A stretch of 64,000 bases of DNA from a virus (IMGVR_UViG_3300021400_000025:310479-374478); one strand, 5' to 3'; counted from the first letter of the stretch, positions 11,099 to 22,912 are shown. Numbers and translations: made by a program. The notes: a model not told the origin generated them from the sequence alone.

Positions 11099-11707
11099 TT
11101 ATTTCTGCTCGTTTGGCGTCTGGTTGTAGACCTGGTTTACCGCTTCCTGAGCCGCCTTTTCCGAGACTTCGTTTGCGAGATTGGCTTTTGCGTCTGCCTC
11201 CTTCTGGGCGGCTTCCTTCGCGGCCTTCTTCGCCTTGCGCTCTGCGCGTCTCTCAGCCTCGGCCTTCTTCTGGTCGTAGGCGTTGTTGATGACCTTGTTG
11301 ATCTTCTCCCCAAGACCCTTGGACTTGAGATAGCCATTCTCATCGACATCGTTGGCATATAGCCGCTTGATGATGGCATAGATGAGTCCAGTCTCCTTGC
11401 AGAACTTGTCCTTCTCGCAAGCCTTGACGCATACCTTGGTTCCATCCTTGAATGTCACGATTGTGGCGGGATCGTTGAAGATTACGTTGTCGATGTCATC
11501 AACGATGTTCCTGAACTTCAGGGAGTTGGACTTGCATGCGCATGGCTTCTTTGCAAGGACAAGTTCGCGTGAATCGTCAACTGGGTTGATGGTGAATCCA
11601 ACGCAGCCTTTGCCATTGTTGTCCATCTTCGTTCTGGCGAGATTTGCAAGTTCATCGAGCAGTTCTTCGAACAATGCGCTCACGTCGTTTGTGTTTTCTA
11701 TGTACAT
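11099..11707 (-). CDS. conserved phage hypothetical protein
   Basis: VIFNDPATIV.F.DGTK..VK motif; Ala/Lys-rich tail; TTTACG-17-TATAAT promoter at 11765-11793. Confidence 0.8.
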   Translation of the reverse strand: MYIENTNDVSALFEELLDELANLARTKMDNNGKGCVGFTINPVDDSRELVLAKKPCACKSNSLKFRNIVDDIDNVIFNDPATIVTFKDGTKVCVKACEKDKFCKETGLIYAIIKRLYANDVDENGYLKSKGLGEKINKVINNAYDQKKAEAERRAERKAKKAAKEAAQKEADAKANLANEVSEKAAQEAVNQVYNQTPNEQK

Positions 11708-11797
11708 TTCATTTTCCTCTTCTTTAGTTATGTGGATTTTTCAAACCATCCATCGTTATGCGATATTATACAACATCTTTTCAACATCGTAAAGCCA

Positions 11798-12523
11798 TCA
11801 ATTGCTTTCCTCCTCAACAACCTCTTGGTTTTCTTCATCATCCATTTCTTCAAGCAGCTTCAACATGTCAATGGTTCCACTTTCAACCATTCCATTTGGA
11901 ATCTGTCCAGAGCCATTTGGAATCTCCTGTGCCTCTGCAGGAGTGGAGTTCTTCCTGTCCATCTTCTCAAGGTCGTATTTCTGCTTGAGGTCAAGAAGTT
12001 CCTTCCTATGCTCCTGCTTCAGCATCTCCATCTTCACGTTATCGAAGAACTTAATCCTCTGCTTGTAGAGGGATGTGTATTCGGCTATGAGCTGCCGCGT
12101 CTCGCCAATGAGGGAGGCCGCAGCGGAGACAGTCTCGGAATCAAGTACGTCGCAGCTTGATATTATGCCATAGACTGTTCCAATCATCTGCTTCGTGGTG
12201 TCCACCAAATCCTCAATGGACTTGAATGCGTTTTCCACATTCACCATGTTGTCGATTCTGGCAGACGCAGAGCCATTCTCGTCCGTGTTGGACGATTGAA
12301 CTTGAGTCTGCGCCTTGTCTATGATTGAAAAGTTTTCTTGAAACTTCTCGTCAATCTCATCAACCTTGGACTTGGTTTCCTCAATCAGCTTCGCCGTCTG
12401 GTCAATCACCGACTGGGCGTCGTCCATTGGCTTCGTCGCCTCGTCCATGTAGTCCTCGAACGTCTGACCTTCCTGGATTCCAAGAAGCTCGTTGAGCCTG
12501 TTCTTGTTGATTTGCTCCGCCAT
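11798..12523 (-). CDS. coiled-coil protein, possibly terminase small subunit-like
   Basis: helical; C-terminal GTIDMLKLL recalls T4-like small terminases; assignment tentative. Confidence 0.4.
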   Translation of the reverse strand: MAEQINKNRLNELLGIQEGQTFEDYMDEATKPMDDAQSVIDQTAKLIEETKSKVDEIDEKFQENFSIIDKAQTQVQSSNTDENGSASARIDNMVNVENAFKSIEDLVDTTKQMIGTVYGIISSCDVLDSETVSAAASLIGETRQLIAEYTSLYKQRIKFFDNVKMEMLKQEHRKELLDLKQKYDLEKMDRKNSTPAEAQEIPNGSGQIPNGMVESGTIDMLKLLEEMDDEENQEVVEEESN

Positions 12524-13164
12524 CAATCAATTTCCTTGTCGCTGTCCTCTTTGATTTCCTGGATGATGCTGTCCTTCTGGCGTTTCAAGAACTTGGCGTC
12601 ATCCTCGGTTATCTGCTCAGACCCAATCATCATCTTCAGGAAGTTCATGTAGGACTTGTCAAGGTTGATGGATGGCATTTCCTCCTTGGCGCGTTCAAGG
12701 CTGTCGCGCATCAACTTCCGCTTGAAGTTCAACAAGTCATAGTATTCCTTCAAGTAGGTCATCGCACAAGACCAACATATCTGGGTGAAGTACGCGAATG
12801 GATTGTTGAAGTTGAAGTTGTATTTGAATATGCCTGTCTTGAATATCCTCTCGCATGAGCGCGAGATGATTTCCTCCTTCACATGCTTGGGATACCTGAC
12901 ATAGTCTGGATGTCCCATGTAGTGCGTTGCAATGTCCAGAATCATCTTGCCCAACTTCTCGGACGGCACCCGCTTCTTCTCGTCCTTGCTCTGGTCGCGC
13001 CACTTCTTCAACTCTTCAAGCAGCTCGGCGTTGCTGACATATGACTTTCTCTTGGGCCGAGGATTATGTCTCTCCTGTTCGGCCAACTGCTATTGTCTCT
13101 TTCTGGACTTCTCCAGATTCTTCTTCTGGAATTCCTCCAGACTCTCGCTCTTTCTTCTTGGCAT
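12523..13164 (-). CDS. gp55: T4 gp55-like late-transcription sigma factor (213 aa), in-frame TAG at codon 25
   Basis: YVSNAEL, LGKMIL.IA, NPFAYFTQI motifs; ATG 13164 is in frame across TAG 13090-13092. Confidence 0.85.
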
Positions 13165-13276
13165 GGTTATGTTGTTCCTGTGTTGTCTTCCAGGAGAGAA
13201 CCACATTTGACACCTTCAAACTTGGTAAATACTCCTTTCAACACCTTATCTTCAACAACAATTATACGCAAACTCG

Positions 13277-13576
13277 TCAAAAAATGCCACGGACCCTATG
13301 AGTCTTCCCATCTTCTCGTTCAATCGTTGAATCTTCCATAGGTTCCTCGCATGGGGTGTCCAATTCAACCTCGGTTGTTTTTGGCATGTCCATCTGGGTC
13401 TTGTACATGCCAAATCTGTGGGGAAGGGAAAGTCTTACTATTCTGGACTCATATTTTTCAAGTTGATTATCCATGTTGCATATCACCTTGAAATTTCCAG
13501 ATTTTTGGGCGTTGAAATTGATTATGTCAATATGATGTTTGACGGCTTTCGCACGTTCTTCTTGAATAATGTTCAT
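13277..13576 (-). CDS. hypothetical protein
   Basis: GGGAGG RBS before ATG 13576. Confidence 0.6.
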   Translation of the reverse strand: MNIIQEERAKAVKHHIDIINFNAQKSGNFKVICNMDNQLEKYESRIVRLSLPHRFGMYKTQMDMPKTTEVELDTPCEEPMEDSTIEREDGKTHRVRGIF

Positions 13577-13596
13577 TGTAAATTCCTCCCCACATG

Positions 13597-14979
13597 TCAT
13601 CCTGCTTCAAGGTGTGCTTTTGCGTCTGCATAGTTCTACACTGTGTTTTGTATTTGACTTTTGTGTTTTTGGATTGCCGCATTATATGCGTCTTTCTATG
13701 CTTGAGATTTCAGTGTCACTTCCGCATTCACCATGTTCGTCACTCTATCGCCAGTATATCTTTGCCTATTTCCATTTTCAATGCTTTGCATTTCCTGTTC
13801 ATCGGTTATCATTTCCTGGTCTGGTTTGGGAAGTTTAGTGTCTGAAAATGTGTCGTTTTGGACATCTGGTGTTTCTGGCGTGAATTTTTCGTCTGGCGGC
13901 ATATTTGCGATTTCTGCCAAAGTCTGTTTGAGTTCCTGGTTTGCACTGATCATTTCGTCCGAACATTGTTGTGCCAATTCCATTCCTTCTACAGAAGTTT
14001 CTCCATGCAATTCAACTTCAGATATTGTTTCAGCTAACTACTATGAACCATCTGGACTTTGTGTGAGTTCAGAACTGGCTGCAATCGCAGTTCCACCATT
14101 TTTCAGCCAGTTGGGTGGGTTTTCTGGATCTAATTGTCCATCTCCTCCAGCATTTTCTCCATCGTCTTCTATGTTCTCCCAAAAACGTTCCCCTGGGTCT
14201 ATATCTTCTTCCTCCTCGTCATCGTCGAAATTGACCTCCACATCAGTGTCTTCGTCTGACTGGGGGGCGTCATCGAACAAATCGTCCTGGTCAGTTGGAG
14301 TCTGCTGCATCTAATCTGGATCTATCACTATGTCGTCAGATGGTGGCTCTGGCTCGGAGGTGGATGTCAATGTCTTGCCACAATCATATGTGATGTAGGT
14401 GAATGTGCCAGACAACTCGAACTCAACGAACGAGCTGCCATCTTGCGTGAGTTCAATGTCCCCCAGTTTGGTAGGATGGAAATCGTGGAATATCCAGTGA
14501 TGGTGCGTTTCGTCCTCTGGTGTGTTCCGCAATCTGACCGTGATTATGTCCTCGTCCTTTGAAATGTTGTTGTTGCTTCCAATCGTCGCCTTGGGATCTC
14601 CAGCCACCAATGGATGTCCAGTCTGGAGAACCATGTTCCTGATGTCATAGTAGTGGAAGCCCTCCTTGTCGGCGAGAATGGTCATGGACACCTCGTTCGA
14701 ACCATACTTGACATGGGTGGGGATTGAAATCGTGAATCCAGCATGGTTGATTTCCACTGTGTTCACCTCTGGACCAGGGATTCGGATGTTCTTGGCGAAG
14801 AATATGGTCCGGGGCCATCTGCTCCACACCAGCTCGAATTGGCATTGGATTATCGGACTGGAGAGATTCAGGGCGGCAAGATAGGTCTGAAGATTGGGTT
14901 TGGCATCCACCCACTCTGGATATTTGGCATATGGAGCAACACCATTCCTCTCCACCACATTGTACATTTTGTTCGCCAT
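13597..14979 (-). CDS. tail-tube-fold baseplate/tube junction protein (gp54/gp48-like) with long acidic extension, 5 in-frame TAG
   Basis: FFAKNIRIPG...HPTKLGDIEL...FVEF pattern; frame continues through TAG 14311, 14041, 14038, 13696, 13636 to TGA 13597. Confidence 0.65.
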
Positions 14980-15092
14980 TTCAAATCATTTCTCCCTGTC
15001 GTCAAAATCAAAGGGTGGTGTCATCAGGCTTCATCAGCCCATCCACCACCCTCCTTCATTGCTCTATGAACCGCAACAAGCAAAGAATCAAA

Positions 15093-15776
15093 TCAAGGAA
15101 GATTGTATGCCTCCACTGGATCCTCTGTTGCTCTGTTGCCATCGCCATCTTCGTTGGCGTTGCCCAAGTTGGTGTTTCTCATGTTGTCGGCGTTGTACTT
15201 GCCAATCTGCTCGCCAGCGATCTGCTCCCAATACACAGACTTGAAGTCAACACCAAATGTGGAAATGCTGCCAGATGTGTTGGACAACTCCAATCCATTG
15301 ACCTTCGTCACCCTGGAGCCATATATCATCGTCTTCTCCACAATGGTCTGCTGGTCAGGAGCCAGAAGATTGATTGTGATGGAAGGAGTCTGACCCTCTC
15401 CGGGACCCAACTTGGTTGGACGCCTGTTCGCCTCGAAGAACGAACCACCAGTGATGTCTGGGTTCAAGCATGCTGCCTGCCAGTCAAGCAACGCCCTTCT
15501 CAAGTCGCCACGGACGTCAGCATATACTGTGACAGAGTGGTCTTGCCCCATTTCAAGCGTTGTTGGAACCGGAATGTTGAATGCCCTATACTGCAAATTG
15601 TCAAAGTTCACCGTCCTGTCTGGAAGGGTGAAGTTCTGTCCATAGACCTGCATTCTCTCCAATGTTGCGTCAATCTGCGGAAATCCACTGAAGAACTCAA
15701 TGGAATACATCGTCTGAATGCGAACCTAATCTTGGTTGAACAAGTCAATCGCTTGAACTAGATTGTAGTTTGCCAT
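15093..15776 (-). CDS. gp19: tail tube protein (T4 gp19-like), 1 in-frame TAG
   Basis: LP.RT...YR...I..P...VTVYAD...LR.AL.DWQ pattern; GAGGT RBS and ATG 15776; GTAAATA upstream; hairpin downstream. Confidence 0.7.
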
Positions 15777-15861
15777 GTTGTTTTATACCTCTTTAATTGT
15801 GTCAAGATGGGTTTTTCAATTATTATTTACAAAAAATCATCTTCAAACATTTACTAGATGG

Positions 15862-15894
15862 TATTTACAATATATTGATGTGAAATGGTAAATA
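15862..15894. promoter_or_regulatory. divergent pair of late-type promoters
   Basis: TATTTAC-19 nt-GTAAATA; extra TATTTAC at 15824-15830. Confidence 0.7.
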
Positions 15895-15902
15895 GTGGCA
15901 AG

Positions 15903-18230
15903 ATGAGCAACGAACTAGAAAATCCAGAAGACTCCATAATCAACCGAGGTCTGAACATCAGGAACATCAACTTGGATTTGTCCAATGCGTTCCACGAATA
16001 TACCATAGTCCTCAATAGGATAATGGGGGGAGAAATGTACAATGCGTCTTCCCAGACACTCAAGTTGAAGTAGGTGGATGGTCTGTCAAACCCCGAGTTC
16101 AAAGGCGCGATCAAGGTGAAGAATGGCGTGGACAAGTTCCAATATCTCATGCGCCACACACAGAAAGTGGCATCTGATCTGGGGTTGGACGCCAATGGCA
16201 TATACAACAACAGACGTGATTTCGGAAAGATCAGTGAAGTTCTGCGGAAGATGGATGTGATGTTTGACTTGGGGGATGTCAAAAGACAGATGCAGTTGTA
16301 CATCTCCAAGCAGGACAACAATGTGTCCAGTCTTGACAATGAAGACATGTGGGTTGACTACATCATGACACCTGATTGGCTGAATCGTCTTTCTGAATCC
16401 ACATTGGACAATGTGAATGTGTCCACCGATCATCGTCTGGCGTATCTTTCTGACATAGTGCAGGGGATGATGAAGGATCACGAAATCGACTTCCACGCCA
16501 GTCTGGACGACATCAACTTCTCATAGTACATGGACAAGGGAGATGAGAGCGACAATGGATATCAGAACACCGTGAACAAACTGGTGCTGTTCAACAAGTT
16601 GAGCCATCCAATGTACGAGTTGTTCAAGCCGATTGGTGGAACCACTGAAAAGTACATCAAGGTCACGGTTGAGTCCAATGGAATGGTCGAGGTGTCTGGC
16701 GTGGTGGGGCTTTCAGACTGCGACCATGTCGAATGGGAGTATGGTTCCAAGGAATATCTCCGATCGTTGAACACAGGGAACCAGATGTATGAATTCAAGC
16801 TGTCCAGACCATTCAACGATTTGGATTCAGTTCTCTGGTGGAAGCCAGACGACAAGGAGGAACTTCCAGACCAAGAGGAGGATGTGGACGAGGAGAGCAA
16901 GAAGTACAGATACTACAAGCCCTACGAGACGGAAAGATTCTTGCGCTGGTTCGGCTCAACGCATGTTCCATATCTGGATGTTGAACATGTTGTCAAGAAG
17001 ACCATCTGCTCAATCCCAGTCATCTCCAACGACACATAGAGAAGGAACTTCTTCGCAGACGCGAACAACCTCATGGTTCCCGACCTCCAGGGGAAGAACG
17101 TGGATGAACGAACCTCGCTCTCCCTTCTGTCTCTCTGCCAGAAATCAACATTGGACATAGTGGAGAAGGAAGATGGGCAGTATCTGAGATTCGTGGTGTC
17201 TGGAAACCAAGGGACATCCAATCTGGCGTTCAAGTTGCGGGCGAAGATGCTTCCTGAAATCGAGGAAATCAACCACTATCACCACACATTGAATGTGATC
17301 TTCTCAGGATACTGCACATTGTCCAAGCGCATCATGTTCCTCCAGGAGACAAGCAGACAGAACCCCCCATTGGAGGAATATGCTTGGAGCAGACTGTACC
17401 CACAAAAGGAGTATCTTCCCCAAGAATGGATTGATGTGCATGGGGCGTTGAAGAGAATCGTGGAACTTCCCACATCCATTGATTTAGTCAGATTCAGAAT
17501 GCTTGACTATGAAGCCATGTTCAGGGGTCTGGATGAGCAATATGATGAAAGGTTGAAGTTCATACATGATTTGGCAAATGGAGAATATGCGTAGGACAAG
17601 GACATGGAACGAGAAATGCGCGGATACAAGTTCTATGACGAGAACCTGGAGAGATGCATCTTTCGATGGGAAGAGCAGACTTCAGACGTGGTGGCGGCAT
17701 TCAACTCGCTGAACATGTCAAAGGCGTAGAAGGAGGATATCGCGGAGAGATTGAACGCATTGAAGGACGCGATGCTTGAACTGGAGGCTGCAATCCCATG
17801 GGAGACCACAGTTGACATCATCCGCGAGAGAATCCAGACATTCAACAACCTCATAGTGAGGCTTCCAGCAGACCCAACCACCAACAAGTTCACCTTGAGA
17901 TCGAAGCACATATGGCAAGACTGGAAGGAGTTCGTGGATGGCTCTTTGGAATGGCTGGTGAAGGAAGGGAAGTTGTATGTCCTCCATGAGCCATCTTCCG
18001 AGTTCACATCGACATTCGGGAATCAAAAACTGTTTGATGGTGTTGGCACAGACGGAAAGGAGTACCAATTCGTGGAACACTATGTGGACGAGGGAACAAA
18101 AACTCCACTCATAGACTACTCGTATTGCATGGATAAGGTCAGCGAGACGAAGTATGTCGCCAAGAAGGACGAGAAGGGCAATTACATCGGGGACAGATGG
18201 GAGGCATGGAACGAAAGCGACTTCATGTGA
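15903..18230 (+). CDS. putative virion structural protein (775 aa), 5 in-frame TAG
   Basis: five ORF-track pieces in one frame joined by TAG 16071, 16524, 17037, 17592, 17727; ends TGA. Confidence 0.75.
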
Positions 18231-18240
18231 TCAACTGTGA

Positions 18241-18954
18241 TCACAAAAGCTGCTCCAAATCCCCACGGACATCATCTTTGCATTTTTCCATGAACCTTTT
18301 CATGTCTGAAGATGGGGAATGTGTTCCATCAACCATCAGTTTCAAGGAGATGTCCATCATCATATCGTTCGTGGAGACCACCTTGACGCATGGCTGGACT
18401 GCATGTTCATCTTGAACAATCGGCAGAAGGGACTTGCGTGGAATAATCTCCTTCGCCAAATCCACCACTGAATCCAGATCGAAAGACGATGATGAATAGA
18501 AGCTGCAACCTTCCCCACTGTTCAGATTCAACTTCTCCAGAACGCGCCAAATCCCATCCAACAACTCGTCAAGATGCTTGAGGTTGGAGAAGCACACCAA
18601 TTCCGAGGATGGAACATACCTTCTGTTGGAGAGATGAAGCAATTTGGTTCTGGTTGCATCTGCGACAAAGGGACATGATTCAAGATGGCTCAAGAATGGA
18701 TGAAGGGCGATGTTGTTCACTGGCTTTGGCTCTCGGACGACTATGCATTTCGCCCCATGCTTGCGCGAGATGTCCATCCCTTTGTCCAGCAAGAACCGCA
18801 CAGAATCCTTCAATCCACAATCCAAACTGGTTGAATCCAAATACAATATCCCCACTTGATCCACGGACTTGAACTTGTCAGGAAATCTCACTGGAAGGAA
18901 CTCGTTGAACCAAGCCCCAACAAGGTTCTTGAAGTCGGAAATGACGTAGTTCAT
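18241..18954 (-). CDS. hypothetical protein
   Basis: TGATG overlap with the upstream gene. Confidence 0.7.
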   Translation of the reverse strand: MNYVISDFKNLVGAWFNEFLPVRFPDKFKSVDQVGILYLDSTSLDCGLKDSVRFLLDKGMDISRKHGAKCIVVREPKPVNNIALHPFLSHLESCPFVADATRTKLLHLSNRRYVPSSELVCFSNLKHLDELLDGIWRVLEKLNLNSGEGCSFYSSSSFDLDSVVDLAKEIIPRKSLLPIVQDEHAVQPCVKVVSTNDMMMDISLKLMVDGTHSPSSDMKRFMEKCKDDVRGDLEQLL

Positions 18955-19481
18955 CACTTGCCCTTCGCGGCACATTCAAGTTCATCAATAATCTCAGACC
19001 GCCATGTGGGATTGCCGTTATCCTTGTAGAACTTGAACATCCTCAGTCCATCCATGGAAACGCCATCCCTCTTCATGTTGTCCAGCAAAGTTCCATCGCC
19101 AACTTCATAGTAGTCAGAACCATCAGCGTTGAAATCCAAAGGTGTATGGAGATAGCCACCTTCCGTCATGTAGAACTTCGCCTTGTAGATGTCCAGCTTG
19201 GAGAAGTCAATCTGATGCATGTCGCAATCCATCATGAGATCTGGGGTCAGCTTGAAGATGTAGTCTCCTTCGCTTCCCCTGTTTTTCAGAACGATGAAAT
19301 ACGCTTCGTCCTCCTTGAGGTTGTCGAACGCAGAGACGTCAAACGCATGTTCAACCTGCTTCTTGGTCTTTTTCTTGTCCTTGACCACAATGATTGTGTC
19401 GGGTCCAGTCTTCACCTTCTCGCCAAAGATGATGAAAGATGACGAACTTGAGTTGCTGACGAAATCTGACCTAATCTTCAT
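18954..19481 (-). CDS. conserved phage protein (MKIRxDFVSNSSSSSF family)
   Basis: characteristic N-terminus; TTTACA-17-TATAAT promoter at 19509-19537. Confidence 0.8.
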   Translation of the reverse strand: MKIRSDFVSNSSSSSFIIFGEKVKTGPDTIIVVKDKKKTKKQVEHAFDVSAFDNLKEDEAYFIVLKNRGSEGDYIFKLTPDLMMDCDMHQIDFSKLDIYKAKFYMTEGGYLHTPLDFNADGSDYYEVGDGTLLDNMKRDGVSMDGLRMFKFYKDNGNPTWRSEIIDELECAAKGK

Positions 19482-19541
19482 GTGGTTTTCCTCTACCTAT
19501 CCAAGCACATTATACACCATATCCGAGATGGTGTAAAGGGG

Positions 19542-20807
19542 TCATGAAACTATCAAAAGTCTGTTGTTCGAGCGCGTCACCGCAGTGTAGAGCCATTTCC
19601 TTCTATAATCCTCGTCCCAATAGCCAGAAGTCTCCTCGAACAACATGACATTTCCCCACTCCGAGCCCTGGGACTTGTGGACAGTGAGGCAATAGCCGAA
19701 ATCGAATGCATCGAAATACAGCTTCCGCCTTCCCCGCTTTCCACGCATCATCTTCCTCTCCTTGATGGTCAGATTTGACTTCATCTGCATGAGTTCCTTG
19801 AGGGTGATGAACTCCTTGCCATCAGACGAATACTTCAGCTCTCCGAAATGATGCTTGTTCACCAACCCTCTGTACTGAAAACCATCATCAACATCCACAA
19901 CCATGGTCCAAGCTTCATTCAGCATCTCGCAGCCTGGGTTGGAGATGTCAGATATGGATTCAATCTTGCCAAGCATGCCATTGTAGATTGGATCAACATA
20001 TGCTCGGTTGTTCCTCAGACACACAACCCTGTCCCCAACCCTCGGAACCTTGTCGTCAATGTCGTCAATCACGCCATAGTTCAATCGTATCAACTGGTTC
20101 ACATCAGCCCTTGTGTTGTTCGTCCCACAAAGACATATGCCATCAGAGAAATCCTTGAGGTGGTTCAGGATGAAATCATTCACCATTGGGTCGTTCTCGT
20201 TCACCTTCGCCACCTTGTCGTCGAACTGCTTGAATGGAATCCTTGTCCCCTCACGCGCCATCACTGACAAGTCAAGAAGGGCAGTGTTGGCTCCGAACCT
20301 ATGAACTTCCTCCAGTCTTATCACAGGGTCGGTCATCAGGTTGAAGTCATCCGAGGAAATGGGAGGAAGTTGGCCATGGTCTCCTACAAATAGAATCGGA
20401 ATTCCATACATCCTCAAGTCTTGGAACAGCTCCTGGTTCACCATTGAAGCCTCGTCAACTATGATGAGATTGTAGTCGATGTGCCATTTCCGCTCAAAGA
20501 CGTTCATGTTGGTGTCTGGATCAACCCTCACATGATAGCAAAGCCCATGGATGGTGCCGACATAATCGTTGTCGTTCACTGCGTTCGCGTCAATCAGCTT
20601 GTTCTTCATCACACCAGACGCCTTGCCTGTGTATGCCGCAAACGCCACCCTCCAACTGGGAGGAAGGGACTTGCGAACCTCTGCAATCAAAGAGGACTTG
20701 CCAGTTCCAGCATATCCCCCCAGAGTCAAATAGGATGAACGCCTTGGAGAATGAATCCAGTCAAGGATTGTCTTCTTCGCTTCAAGTTGGTCTTTGCTCA
20801 AATTCAT
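19542..20807 (-). CDS. RecD/Dda-like SF1 DNA helicase
   Basis: GYAGTGKS, IVDEASM, GDHGQLPP, TVHKSQGSEW, YTAVTR. Confidence 0.9.
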   Translation of the reverse strand: MNLSKDQLEAKKTILDWIHSPRRSSYLTLGGYAGTGKSSLIAEVRKSLPPSWRVAFAAYTGKASGVMKNKLIDANAVNDNDYVGTIHGLCYHVRVDPDTNMNVFERKWHIDYNLIIVDEASMVNQELFQDLRMYGIPILFVGDHGQLPPISSDDFNLMTDPVIRLEEVHRFGANTALLDLSVMAREGTRIPFKQFDDKVAKVNENDPMVNDFILNHLKDFSDGICLCGTNNTRADVNQLIRLNYGVIDDIDDKVPRVGDRVVCLRNNRAYVDPIYNGMLGKIESISDISNPGCEMLNEAWTMVVDVDDGFQYRGLVNKHHFGELKYSSDGKEFITLKELMQMKSNLTIKERKMMRGKRGRRKLYFDAFDFGYCLTVHKSQGSEWGNVMLFEETSGYWDEDYRRKWLYTAVTRSNNRLLIVS

Positions 20808-20900
20808 TGCATATACATTATACAACTTTGCATCAAAATAGTAAATAACCAAAAGAAACAAACAATGTTTTCAACACAATTTGTGTAAATATAATTGACA

Positions 20901-22886
20901 ATGAAAAACATTGTCTCCAACAGAAAAAACATGAAACTGGAAGAACTATACGCCAAGTACGATGAAGTTGCTGGGAAGATGAATGTCAGCCCCATAGATC
21001 ATTTCATCTTCGACTTGACAGATGAGAATTCCCAACGATCGCTCAAAGAGACTTTCCCTGGGATTGAGGCTGTTTTGATGCCTGAATCTGGGAAATACCT
21101 TGTCATCTCGCCGATTGTTGAAAACCAAGACTGCTTGTTGCTCATGTTCCCACAACAGACAGATGGAAGTGTGGGTCTATGGGCATACAACACAAGCACC
21201 AAAGGCAGGATTGACCTCATTGACAGTGTGGAATCCCAGCAGAAAGCCACTCTTGACAATTTCACAGACTTTGCAGACATGGAGAAGATCACCAGAAGAT
21301 TCAATGAATTCGCTTTCATGGGATCAAGTGGCGATATCTCTCCCACTGAAGTCAAAGACATTGGTTCATTTGACATTTCAAACGATGAACCTGTGGAGAT
21401 AAACAATACAACTACGGACAACGAGGATAATGAAATGACATTCAAACCAATCCAAAAAGAAAGCCTTGACAGCGAACTCAAGGACACAAAGTGGGTTGAG
21501 ATTCCCAACACCACGGCGCACGGGGTGACTGTGACTGAGGACGATGGTGACGCAGGCGAAGGGACCGATCCATTCGCAGATGGTTCATTGGAGGGTGATG
21601 CACCTGCTGATGCACCAGCTGATGGTGATGAAGCCCCTGCGACAACAGACACCGCCGCCGCGGCAGAGCCAGCACCAGAGGCACCAGCAGAGGAAGCACC
21701 TGCTGAAACCATTGACGACCCCAAGGCGAAGATGCGCGAACTTCTTGCCTACTACACCAACTACATGAACGAGCTGGTTCAGGATCCAAACACCTCAACC
21801 GACCTCATTTCCGCAACACAGGAAATGATTGACTCTCTCATCAAGAACATGGAGAGCGCAGATGGAATAGAGGAAGTCAAGGCTGATCAAGAGGAAGCAG
21901 CCAAGGAGGAAGTGAGCGCAGAGGAAGCACCCCCAGAAGAATCTTCCACTGAAGAGGCTCCTGCAGAAGAAGCACCTGCGGACAACAATGCTGCTCCATC
22001 AGAGGGCGAAACAGCCCCAGCAGAGGAGCCAGTCGCGGAGACCACGCAAGAAAATCCAATCACAGACATTCCAATCCAGGAAGATGTTGACGAAGAGCAG
22101 AAAGCCATCGACGACAAGATTGACGCAGAGGTTGATGATCTCCACAAGGACGATTGGGAGGACATCCAGCCCGCAACTTCCGACAACATCCTCACGCCTG
22201 GCGACATCCAGAACAGCGTTGTGAACGATGTTGACATCAGCAATGTGATGCCAACTCCCGATGAGGAACTTGCGACTGCAACACCTGACGATACAGTTCC
22301 TGCTCCAACGAGCGATGTTCTTGACGACACGGCCCTTCCAACCCCAGATGAAGAGGATGCGTTGTTTGACGATGGCGCAAACGACTTCTCCGTTGGGGCA
22401 GATGGGCTTCCACTTGACACATTCGATGGAGACCTTGACAACCTTGGTCTGGCAACCCCAGCATCCAAGAAGATTCAGTGGTCAAGCGACTACGCAACAA
22501 ATGGCGTTGCCACAACAGACGACAACAATGTGGTTGTTCCAGAAGTCCTCACAGAACTCCAGGACTACTACAAGAAGGTCGCAGACGAGGTGAGCAAGGT
22601 TCCTGGCAAGGAAGATGTTGCCATGAAGCTGCAGAAGATTCAGATCCTCTCCCAGACAATCCAGACAGAGTGGAACAACCTTGTGTCCCAGATTGGGGAT
22701 GTGAGCGCAGATTCCTTCGACCGCAGCATCATGGGAGACCTTGAGAAGGACGAACTTGACCAAGCCCCTGCACTAGACCAAGTTGGCGCAGATGTGATGG
22801 CCGACCAGGAGGCTGAGGAAGAGGACGACCTCAAGATCAACAACGACATCGCAGCATTCTGCGAATCCTTCAAGCACCTTCTCTAA
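20901..22886 (+). CDS. large very acidic low-complexity protein, possible head scaffold/core or internal protein
   Basis: Asp/Glu/Ala/Pro-rich; GTAAATA at 20841 and 20885; several hydrophobic-x-E sites. Confidence 0.7.
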   Translation: MKNIVSNRKNMKLEELYAKYDEVAGKMNVSPIDHFIFDLTDENSQRSLKETFPGIEAVLMPESGKYLVISPIVENQDCLLLMFPQQTDGSVGLWAYNTSTKGRIDLIDSVESQQKATLDNFTDFADMEKITRRFNEFAFMGSSGDISPTEVKDIGSFDISNDEPVEINNTTTDNEDNEMTFKPIQKESLDSELKDTKWVEIPNTTAHGVTVTEDDGDAGEGTDPFADGSLEGDAPADAPADGDEAPATTDTAAAAEPAPEAPAEEAPAETIDDPKAKMRELLAYYTNYMNELVQDPNTSTDLISATQEMIDSLIKNMESADGIEEVKADQEEAAKEEVSAEEAPPEESSTEEAPAEEAPADNNAAPSEGETAPAEEPVAETTQENPITDIPIQEDVDEEQKAIDDKIDAEVDDLHKDDWEDIQPATSDNILTPGDIQNSVVNDVDISNVMPTPDEELATATPDDTVPAPTSDVLDDTALPTPDEEDALFDDGANDFSVGADGLPLDTFDGDLDNLGLATPASKKIQWSSDYATNGVATTDDNNVVVPEVLTELQDYYKKVADEVSKVPGKEDVAMKLQKIQILSQTIQTEWNNLVSQIGDVSADSFDRSIMGDLEKDELDQAPALDQVGADVMADQEAEEEDDLKINNDIAAFCESFKHLL

Positions 22887-22912
22887 TCAAGAAGCGCACT
22901 TGAAGATGAACG

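Noticed and set aside
15005-15055. CTGATGA inside a hairpin suggesting a hammerhead ribozyme
   Set aside because: No correctly placed GAAA core; better explained as the tail-tube gene terminator
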